IMG/VR virus record: IMGVR_UViG_3300031998_000051
Span: 1-64,000 of that record
Length of the DNA stretch: 64,000 nucleotides
DNA from: a virus
Lineage: Duplodnaviria > Caudoviricetes
Reading direction: 5' to 3' (one strand)
Below, one piece after another: positions 56,802 through 64,000 of this stretch; the stretch's first letter is position 1; every line of letters starts with the position of its first letter. The notes under the pieces are model-generated. The model was not told the DNA's origin and ran no database searches. It saw nothing but the letters and a program-made list of their open reading frames with translations. A program made the translations under genes and the position numbers.

Positions 56802-58133
56802 TTGAGAGAGATTGTCGTTGATAACTTCGCCGGAGGCGGCGGCGCATCAACCGGTATTGAGATTGCTATCGGGCGCAGTGTGGACATCGCCATCAATCAT
56901 GATCCGGCAGCCATCGCAATGCATCGGGCGAATCATCCGACCACAACGCACTATACGGAGGATGTGTGGAAGGTGGATCCCGTGGAAGCTTGCGCAGGAC
57001 ATCCCGTGGCGCTGGCATGGTTCTCTCCTGACTGCAAGCACCATTCCAAAGCTAAGGGCGGCAAGCCGGTAGACAAGCATATTCGCGGCCTTGCATGGGT
57101 GGCAGTCAGATGGGCAAAAGCGGTGCATCCCAGGGTGATCATGCTGGAGAACGTCGAGGAATTCATGGACTGGGGCAGGCTGGACGCAAACAGCCGCCCT
57201 GATCCACGGTACAAGGGCGAAACATTCAGACGCTTCATCCACCAACTGGAGAGGCAGGGCTACCATGTGGAATACAAGCTGCTCCGCGCTTGTGACTATG
57301 GGGCTCCCACCATCCGGAAGCGATTCTTCCTGATCGCCAGGTGCGACGGTCAGCCCATCCGCTGGCCAGAGCCGACACACGGCGATCCTGACGGTCTGGA
57401 AGTCTTGGCGGGATTGAAAAAGCCATGGGTGCCGGTGGCCGATGTGCTGGACTTCTCGTTACCATGTCCTTCCATCTTCGCCACATCTGAGGAGATCATG
57501 GAACAGTACGGCATCCGGGCAGTAAGGCCACTATCAGAAAAGACATTGCAGCGGATAGCGCGAGGCATTGAGAAGTTCGTGCTTGAAAACCCGAAGCCGT
57601 TTCTGATTCAGTATCACGACAGTGCGGAGTTTCGAGGGCAGGGCGTAGACAAGCCGCTTCAAACCGTGGACGCATCGAACCGCTATGGCCTGGTATCGGC
57701 CTTTATCAGTCAGTTCAACAACAACAGCGTCGGGCAGGAACTGACAATGCCGCTCAACACCATGACTGCGAGAAGCAATCACTTTGCGGAGGTCTGTGCT
57801 TTCTTGGTGAAATACTACGGGAACGGAGAGAATGCTGTATCGTGCGCGTCACCTGCGCCAACCATCACGGCAAAGGACCGGCTCGGATTGGTGACGGTCA
57901 AAGGGCAGGATTACCGGATCGTGGACATTGGTTTGCGAATGCTGACGCCGAGGGAACTCTTCGATGCCCAGGGTTTTCCGCCTGACTACATCATCGACGT
58001 GGACGCCGACGGAAAGACCTATCCGAAAAGTGAACAGGTGGCGCGGTGTGGAAACGCCGTATGCCCACCGATACCGACAGCACTTGTGAGGGCAAATCTG
58101 CCGGAGCTGTGCAAGTTTGAATCCAGTGCGTAA
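56802..58133 (+). CDS. DNA cytosine-5 methyltransferase
   Basis: DNFAGGGGAS, SPDC catalytic Cys, ENV, RKRFF, CGNAVCP. Confidence 0.93.
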   Translation: MREIVVDNFAGGGGASTGIEIAIGRSVDIAINHDPAAIAMHRANHPTTTHYTEDVWKVDPVEACAGHPVALAWFSPDCKHHSKAKGGKPVDKHIRGLAWVAVRWAKAVHPRVIMLENVEEFMDWGRLDANSRPDPRYKGETFRRFIHQLERQGYHVEYKLLRACDYGAPTIRKRFFLIARCDGQPIRWPEPTHGDPDGLEVLAGLKKPWVPVADVLDFSLPCPSIFATSEEIMEQYGIRAVRPLSEKTLQRIARGIEKFVLENPKPFLIQYHDSAEFRGQGVDKPLQTVDASNRYGLVSAFISQFNNNSVGQELTMPLNTMTARSNHFAEVCAFLVKYYGNGENAVSCASPAPTITAKDRLGLVTVKGQDYRIVDIGLRMLTPRELFDAQGFPPDYIIDVDADGKTYPKSEQVARCGNAVCPPIPTALVRANLPELCKFESSA

Positions 58134-58150
58134 ATTCATAGGAGCAGAAT

Positions 58151-58975
58151 ATGAAGTGTGAATTGTATCATGATTCCTTCCAGAATTGGAAGCGGTGGCC
58201 GATCCAGAAAGCCCAGCTGATTATCGCCGACATTCCGTATAACCTGGGCGATGCCGCATACGGCTCGAATCCCATGTGGTACATTGGAGGCGACAATAAG
58301 AACGGAGAAAGTGATAAAGCCAAGAGCAGCTTTTTTCACAGTGACGGCTATTTTCGGATCTCCGAATACTTCATGTTCTGCTCCCGATTGATGAAGCCTG
58401 AACCGAAACAAGGCAAGGGCGGCGCTCCGTGTATGATCGTATTCTGTGCCTTCCAACAGCAGGCTGATGTCATTCATTGGGCGGCTGATGCCGGATTCGG
58501 AAAGTATATCCCGTTGGTTTTTATCAAGAACTACAGTCCGCAGGTGCTCAAGGCCAACATGAAGATCGTCGGCGCAACAGAACACGCTCTGGTGCTGTAC
58601 CGGGATCGGCTTCCGAAGTTCAATAATCATGGCAAGATGATCTTCAACTGGATGCCCTATGAAAGAGACGGACCGTCTGTTCCGAAAATCCATCCGACGC
58701 AGAAGCCTGTAAAACTGCTGAAACGGCTAATTGACATTTTTACGGATGTCGGAGATGTGGTGATTGACCCTTGCGCGGGAAGCGGATCCACGTTGCGGGC
58801 GGCAGCGGAAATGCGGCGCAATGCCTATGGATTCGAGATTGATAAGGGCTTCTATCAAAAAGCACAGTCGGAAATGTTGAAGTCGATTACACTGGATCAG
58901 GTCAGTATCCTGGATTTGGAAGCGGATGACAGAATCCGTCAACGGCAATCACAGATGAAAATCGAGGTGGAATGA
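58151..58975 (+). CDS. DNA N6-adenine/N4-cytosine methyltransferase (beta class)
   Basis: DIPY motif IV, HPTQKP, DPCAGSGST. Confidence 0.92.
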   Translation: MKCELYHDSFQNWKRWPIQKAQLIIADIPYNLGDAAYGSNPMWYIGGDNKNGESDKAKSSFFHSDGYFRISEYFMFCSRLMKPEPKQGKGGAPCMIVFCAFQQQADVIHWAADAGFGKYIPLVFIKNYSPQVLKANMKIVGATEHALVLYRDRLPKFNNHGKMIFNWMPYERDGPSVPKIHPTQKPVKLLKRLIDIFTDVGDVVIDPCAGSGSTLRAAAEMRRNAYGFEIDKGFYQKAQSEMLKSITLDQVSILDLEADDRIRQRQSQMKIEVE

Positions 58976-58976
58976 G

Positions 58977-59225
58977 ATGGGTTATACCGATGAACCGCGC
59001 CAGTGCATTGTGGAGGACGCGCAGGCGCTTTTCCACGGATGGGCTGATGTGGAAAAGCCGAACATTGAGGACGGCAAGCAGGTCGGCAGATGGAAGCAGG
59101 TGGTGGCAATCATTGAGTTTCGCAATGGTCATGTCAAAGCGGTGAATCCGACCGCCGTGCGGTTTCTGGACGGCGCGGAGATGTTTTCCAGGTACAGATG
59201 GGATATGAAGGAGAATGGTGAATAA
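58977..59225 (+). CDS. Hypothetical protein
   Basis: AIIEFRNGHVKAVNPTAVRFLD. Confidence 0.55.
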   Translation: MGYTDEPRQCIVEDAQALFHGWADVEKPNIEDGKQVGRWKQVVAIIEFRNGHVKAVNPTAVRFLDGAEMFSRYRWDMKENGE

Positions 59226-59533
59226 TGTCATCAAACAGCAAAGGCATAGATTGGCGTGCCGATTTGAAAAGCACAATGTGGGATATGTTCTGGGTAAAGC
59301 AGAACGCATCACCCGCCGATACAGAAGCCGACAAAGAAGCGCTGAAGAATAACGTGGCGAGGCTGATCCGCATGGCAACACAAAAAATCGGGTATGACGG
59401 CACCAAGCGCACCAGCAAAAGCCCTTGACTGGAACAGCCTGGATACCACACTGATGATGATCGCTTGCGCGGCGACATCCCTCTGCTTGAATGGAGAATT
59501 TGGCGATATGCCAGAAACGATTGAAGGTGATAT

Positions 59534-59761
59534 TTGATGGTGCTTTACATTTGCGACTGCAAGAAACCTTGTGCGGCTGGTATCGGATGCCATCGCAGCG
59601 GTTCGGATGTCGGGTTATGCAGCTACACAACGGACCCGGAACACGCGCTGTATGGGCCGTGCGCAGATCCGCAAAACCACCCGGAGCGTTTCGGTCGTGT
59701 TTTCAGTGATGAGACTGATGCATGGAATGGTGACTATTACGAGAAGGAAGTGCAAAAGTGA
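59534..59761 (+). CDS. Small Cys-rich protein
   Basis: YICDCKKPC..C..C.YTTDPEHA. Confidence 0.55.
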   Translation: MMVLYICDCKKPCAAGIGCHRSGSDVGLCSYTTDPEHALYGPCADPQNHPERFGRVFSDETDAWNGDYYEKEVQK

Positions 59762-59952
59762 AGATCATCAAAGAGGGCGATATTCGGCGACTGAACACGA
59801 CCAGAAGATTTGAATGTCCTGCCTGTGGCTGCATCTGGTTAGCCAACGCATCGGAATACCGTAGAGAATGGGATCTTAATGACGCGCATATCGTTTGCAA
59901 TTGTCCGACCTGCCACAAATATGTATACAGAGAGATAAACCAGGACGATTGA
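59758..59952 (+). CDS. Small zinc-ribbon protein
   Basis: CPACGC...CPTC. Confidence 0.6.
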   Translation: MKIIKEGDIRRLNTTRRFECPACGCIWLANASEYRREWDLNDAHIVCNCPTCHKYVYREINQDD

Positions 59953-60509
59953 AGGACGTGATTGCTTTGGGTGGCAGATTATGGAAAGAGGATGAGATTC
60001 GGTTTCTGAAAAGAAATTCAAGCAGGGAGCTGTCATTTGTAGCAAGCTATTTGAATCGGACTGAAAATGCTGTCTATCAGAAAGCGATAAGTCTTGGATT
60101 GGATGTTCATCGCAGTCAAATATCCTCAAAAACATATAAGAAAGACCTTGAGCGGTTTAGTAGGTCCGGGCGCAAACGATACGATGAACGTAAAGAAGAA
60201 GGGCTTTGTACACGGTGTGGTAAGAGATGGGCCGAAGCAGGACGAAGGAAGTGCCGACCATGCCGGGAGCGCGACCAAAAGCATTACAGGAAAAACAACA
60301 CCCGCGAATACCTGTATAACTACAAGAAGCGTCAAAAAGCCGAACGCAAAGAGAATAACCTTTGCGTGAATTGTGGACAACCACTTGATTCGAGCGAGAT
60401 CGGCATCAATACATTCTGCGCCAGATGTCGAGAGCAGAGAAGAGAGGCGCAGAATGTAAGACGGCTCCGAATGCGGATTCACGGCATCAAGCGCACAGAT
60501 CGAAAGTGA
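59949..60509 (+). CDS. Myb/HTH-like N-terminus plus two CxxC..CxxC basic zinc fingers
   Basis: WKEDEIRFLK..LNRTENAVYQKA; CTRCG..CRPC; CVNCG..CARC. Confidence 0.65.
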   Translation: MKDVIALGGRLWKEDEIRFLKRNSSRELSFVASYLNRTENAVYQKAISLGLDVHRSQISSKTYKKDLERFSRSGRKRYDERKEEGLCTRCGKRWAEAGRRKCRPCRERDQKHYRKNNTREYLYNYKKRQKAERKENNLCVNCGQPLDSSEIGINTFCARCREQRREAQNVRRLRMRIHGIKRTDRK

Positions 60510-60656
60510 GGTGATTGGGTTTGGAAACAACACAGATTCAGATTGCGGTAGCAAGAGCAGACATCATACTTTCCTACGCCGGATTCATTCTGAAATACTT
60601 CATTCTGCCAGCTATAATCGGCGGCGCGGTGGGCTGGCTGATCGGGTGGTGCAGGC

Positions 60657-61073
60657 GTGGGAAGTAGGCTGAGTAAGGCCGAGCGCGTTCGGAAATTCGG
60701 TGAGGTATTTACGCCCGATTGGATGGTATCAAGAATGTGCGATTTGCTGGAAGAAGAATCTCCGGGAGCGTTTGCGCCAGACAAGACATTCCTTGAACCG
60801 ACCTGCGGCGACGGTGCGTTCGTGGTGGAAATCCTCCGTAGGAAGTTTGAACGGTGCAGCTGCCGGGAGGATTTTACCACCGCGATCAGCAGCGTGTATG
60901 GGCTTGAGATACAGGCCGATAATGTCGCTGAATGTATCCGGCGCGTGACAGCGCTTTGCGTACAGTATTTTAAGCCGACCAAGGAAGAATTGCAGATCAT
61001 CAACGACCATTACATCATGTGCGACAGTCTGAAGGTTATGAGGATGATGAGCGATGAGCGGTTACAATCCTGA
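60657..61073 (+). CDS. Truncated N6-adenine methyltransferase (SAM-binding half only)
   Basis: FGEVFTP, LEPTCGDGAF, VYGLEI; stops before an NPPY motif. Confidence 0.7.
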   Translation: MGSRLSKAERVRKFGEVFTPDWMVSRMCDLLEEESPGAFAPDKTFLEPTCGDGAFVVEILRRKFERCSCREDFTTAISSVYGLEIQADNVAECIRRVTALCVQYFKPTKEELQIINDHYIMCDSLKVMRMMSDERLQS

Positions 61074-61569
61074 AAGAGCGAAAGCGCGACGAGATGCGCG
61101 AAGAGAGCAAGGTATCTGTACGACGTGCGGAAAACGACCGGCATTCGGACATTTCGTTCAATGTCCATATTGCATAGAGAAAGGCGCATTGTATAACGCC
61201 AGATCTCATATCAAAAATCGTGAAAAGATAAATGAACGACAGCGTGAGAATCGGCGTAAAGTTATTGATGCTGGTATTTGTCCATGTTGCCGCAAACCAA
61301 ATCCTGATACTTCCAGAGTTTGGTGCCCTAAGTGCCGAGCAAAAGCTCATGCACAATTTATACGCAATTATGTTCACAAGGTCAGGCCAGACGGCATTTG
61401 CTTACGATGTAACAGACCAACTGAACCAGGACGTAAACTGTGTGAAGTGCATCGGATGATGGCAGCAGAAGCCGGACAAAAAGGCAGGGATGCGCAGAAC
61501 AGAAGCAAACACCCTTGGAGACTGGATGAGGATATCAGACGAACTATAATAAGGGAGCGTGGTAACTGA
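61054..61569 (+). CDS. Triple zinc-finger basic protein
   Basis: CTTCG..CPYC; CPCC..CPKC; CLRC..CEVH. Confidence 0.7.
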   Translation: MSGYNPERAKARRDARREQGICTTCGKRPAFGHFVQCPYCIEKGALYNARSHIKNREKINERQRENRRKVIDAGICPCCRKPNPDTSRVWCPKCRAKAHAQFIRNYVHKVRPDGICLRCNRPTEPGRKLCEVHRMMAAEAGQKGRDAQNRSKHPWRLDEDIRRTIIRERGN

Positions 61570-62096
61570 TGATCTGGGGCAATGAACGACTTAAAGACCT
61601 ACTGAAGCACGGAATGATAATGGGTGGCGATGAGGCGCTTGTGAATCCGGCATCCATCAATCTGCGACTTGGCGACAGCTTCATCAAGCCGATTCCCGGC
61701 AACACTGTGGAGCTGGGCGGTGAGATGAAATATATGCCGGTGATGAAACAATCGGACGGCACCACAATTATCATGCCGGGTGAATTCATGCTTGCCACCA
61801 CGATGGAACATGTATCCGTGCCGGTGAACTGCGCGGCATTCGTCCAGGGTCGGTCATCCATTGGACGCATCGGATTGATGGTGCAGAATGCGGGATTCGT
61901 GGATCCCGGATTTACTGGACATATTACTTTGGAGCTGAAGAATGACAGCCCCTGCGCCATCGTGCTGAAACCGGGTTATCCAGTAGCACAGCTGATTTTC
62001 ATGGACGCCGTGGATGTTTCCGAAGGATATAAGGGCAAGTATCAGAATCAGGTCGAAGCGACCGGGAGCAGGATGTACCTTGACAATATAGCATAA
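61569..62096 (+). CDS. dcd: dCTP deaminase
   Basis: NPASINLRLG, GRSSIGRIGL, AGFVDPGFTGHITLE, QLIF, GYKGKYQNQ. Confidence 0.93.
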   Translation: MIWGNERLKDLLKHGMIMGGDEALVNPASINLRLGDSFIKPIPGNTVELGGEMKYMPVMKQSDGTTIIMPGEFMLATTMEHVSVPVNCAAFVQGRSSIGRIGLMVQNAGFVDPGFTGHITLELKNDSPCAIVLKPGYPVAQLIFMDAVDVSEGYKGKYQNQVEATGSRMYLDNIA

Positions 62097-62109
62097 GAAG
62101 GGTGAGAGA

Positions 62110-62541
62110 ATGATCGGTTCGCTTGTTGAAATGGCAAACATGAAACCCGAAGTTACTGACTTTACCATCGACGGTCATTGTTCACAGTGCGGTGCTTGCT
62201 GTTCCGATTATCTCCCGATATCTCATGAGGAATTGGATCGGATCCGCGCTTATGTCAGGAAGCATAACCTTCATGAGCATAAATCAGTGATGATGACTGG
62301 CAACTACCTGGACGCGACCTGTCCGTTTCGGGACAACGTAAGGAAGTGTTGTGACATCTACGAGGTAAGGCCGGAAATCTGCCGTTGTTTTCAGTGCAAT
62401 CAGGGCATAGACGTTATCAAGGCAAACAAGGCGCTTATGCACCAGAAGAACAAGCCTATATCTCTGCGCGGCGAGATTTTCGGCAATCAGGCCGCAAAGA
62501 CCTATGGTATGTTCCTCGGCGCTGTCCTTGGATTATGCTGA
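62110..62541 (+). CDS. YkgJ-family CxxCxxCC cysteine-cluster protein
   Basis: CSQCGACC, CPF, CDIYEVRPEICRCF. Confidence 0.85.
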   Translation: MIGSLVEMANMKPEVTDFTIDGHCSQCGACCSDYLPISHEELDRIRAYVRKHNLHEHKSVMMTGNYLDATCPFRDNVRKCCDIYEVRPEICRCFQCNQGIDVIKANKALMHQKNKPISLRGEIFGNQAAKTYGMFLGAVLGLC

Positions 62542-62557
62542 TGGAGGTGTTGATACC

Positions 62558-63049
62558 TTGAAAGATCCTCGTGAAGTAATACTTGATTTCATCGCCCGCT
62601 TTAAGGGCAGCGAAGAAGTGTTTTTACATGGCTGCTGTTACTGGTTTGCCAGGATTCTCGAAGAGCGTTTCTATTCGCATCCAGGCGCTGAAATCAAGTA
62701 TGAGCCGGTTGAAGGGCATTTCATCACAAAGATCGATTATAGGTATTACGATGTTCGCGGCGATGTGACGGAATGCTATCGCGGAAAGCCAATGTATGAC
62801 CTGTATGAGCTTCACAGAGATCACTGCAAGTATTATGATCACCTGATGCGCGATTGCAGAGATTTTGCGGAGGATGAAGATGAGAAGAATACTGATGTTT
62901 TCGCACTGTTGAAAGCGCAGGATCCAATAAATCCTGAGCGCAGTGGTAAGGGAACGTATTGGTATTACTGCTGTGGTAACTGTGGACAGCCTCTTGATCC
63001 GGGTGATCCGTTTTGTCGGAAGTGCGGAAGGGCGGTGAAATGGGAATGA
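62558..63049 (+). CDS. Hypothetical protein with C-terminal zinc ribbon
   Basis: FLHGCCYWFARIL; CGNCG..FCRKCG; TTG start after GGAGG. Confidence 0.6.
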   Translation: MKDPREVILDFIARFKGSEEVFLHGCCYWFARILEERFYSHPGAEIKYEPVEGHFITKIDYRYYDVRGDVTECYRGKPMYDLYELHRDHCKYYDHLMRDCRDFAEDEDEKNTDVFALLKAQDPINPERSGKGTYWYYCCGNCGQPLDPGDPFCRKCGRAVKWE

Positions 63050-63417
63050 CTGAACAGCAATTACGAGCGCGAGTAATCGCAGGGCTTGAATGGATGGCTG
63101 AATCGCACATAGGGGTAGAAAAAAGGATAGCGGATGAAGCTCTTGCCTTACTGAAAGCACAGGAACCGAGGTTGATTACCTACGACGAACTAAAAGCCAT
63201 CGATAGAACTGACAACACCGTCTATGTCGAGCGCCGGACAAAAACCTTTTATAATGAGGTGGCATTTGTCGCCATCGAAAAGGTTTACGGCGATACTATC
63301 ACATTCAACGGCCAGAAAAGCATATTTGGACACAGCAAGAAGGATTACGGCAAGACCTGGCGCTGCTGGACATCCCGCCCATCGAAGGAAGAAATGGAGG
63401 CGACACCGTGGAACTGA
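63046..63417 (+). CDS. Paralog family member
   Basis: LLKAQEPRLIT...YGKTWRCWTSRPSKEEMEATPW. Confidence 0.7.
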   Translation: MTEQQLRARVIAGLEWMAESHIGVEKRIADEALALLKAQEPRLITYDELKAIDRTDNTVYVERRTKTFYNEVAFVAIEKVYGDTITFNGQKSIFGHSKKDYGKTWRCWTSRPSKEEMEATPWN

Positions 63418-63833
63418 GCATTATTTCGGAAAAATTGGAAGATATTCGGAATTACTTAGACGTTGAGCTTCATCCAGTTGTTTCGCCTGACAGATGGGAT
63501 GTCTATTCTGAATTGCGTGATATGGTGGATGACATTATCGCCCTGCTGAAAGCGCAGGAGCCGCGAGTGATGACGCTGGAAGAAATAGACAACAGGCTTG
63601 CCGAATCCAGCGAAGAGTATAATAAGATTTTTTGGGCCGAGGTAAAGAGCCGGACAAGATACTCTTTTGGAGTTTTTCAACTGAGCATATTAGACGATGA
63701 TGATTACGAAGCGCTTTTGCTTGGGTGTTCATGGTCTGCATTGTACAGGAGATCATCCTATGGTATTAGGTGGCGCTGCTGGACATCCCGCCCGACCGAC
63801 GAGCAGCGAAAGGAGGCGAGGTGGGATGAATAA
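63408..63833 (+). CDS. Paralog family member
   Basis: LLKAQEPRVMTLEE...YGIRWRCWTSRPTDEQRKEARW. Confidence 0.7.
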   Translation: MELSIISEKLEDIRNYLDVELHPVVSPDRWDVYSELRDMVDDIIALLKAQEPRVMTLEEIDNRLAESSEEYNKIFWAEVKSRTRYSFGVFQLSILDDDDYEALLLGCSWSALYRRSSYGIRWRCWTSRPTDEQRKEARWDE

Positions 63834-64000
63834 CCATCGCTATCCGAAGGAAAAGTATGACAATCTGAATATGCCGAACGGTGATATGAGCGATGTGTCA
63901 TACTCGGCAGTTAGTAGCCATCTTGTGAAAACGATAAAGGACACGAAGTGTGTTTACTGTTTTGCGCCGATTCCGAAAGGCGATTTTGCCCTATCCGAAA
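63826..64000 (+). CDS. Hypothetical protein, truncated by the window edge
   Basis: RBS AAGGAGG; MNNHRYPKEKY...CVYCFAPIPKG. Confidence 0.5.
   Translation, partial: MNNHRYPKEKYDNLNMPNGDMSDVSYSAVSSHLVKTIKDTKCVYCFAPIPKGDFALSE

Noticed and set aside
1-64000. tRNA or rRNA genes
   Set aside because: None recognised by eye; run tRNAscan-SE or ARAGORN to confirm

Overview
The whole window is one temperate siphovirus-type phage genome segment with no host genes. A Clostridia/Bacillota host is inferred from Gram-positive-type RBSs, sigma-A promoters and the gene families. Order: HK97-type packaging and head (terminases, portal, ClpP-like protease, capsid), long non-contractile tail, accessory tail/fibre genes (Ig-like, BspA-like LRR, GT2 glycosyltransferase), a diversity-generating retroelement (VR in a tail fibre gene, TR, RT, no avd), lysis, a leftward accessory/lysogeny block (large serine recombinase, CI/Cro switch), replication/recombination (Sak4-like, SSB, SF2 helicase, primase-helicase), then about 15 kb of small early genes (RusA, ThyX, methylases, dCTP deaminase). 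The main result is at 47072-49360: a Cas7/RAMP-like gene and a partner gene, followed by a ~1.06 kb non-coding array of GGCAG-delimited units built from phased GG(Y/A)-NN pentamers. There are no other cas genes and no CRISPR array, so this is a candidate phage RNA-guided system with a gapped code. Other highlights: a DGR template repeat that looks overwritten by mutagenised VR sequence; an antisense micro-ORF that mimics the CI C-terminal helix; a six-hairpin array with conserved loops; a duplicated ori-like element with a covarying hairpin; and a single in-frame TGA separating a P-loop protein from the head protease. All product calls come from motif recognition by eye; no database searches were run.
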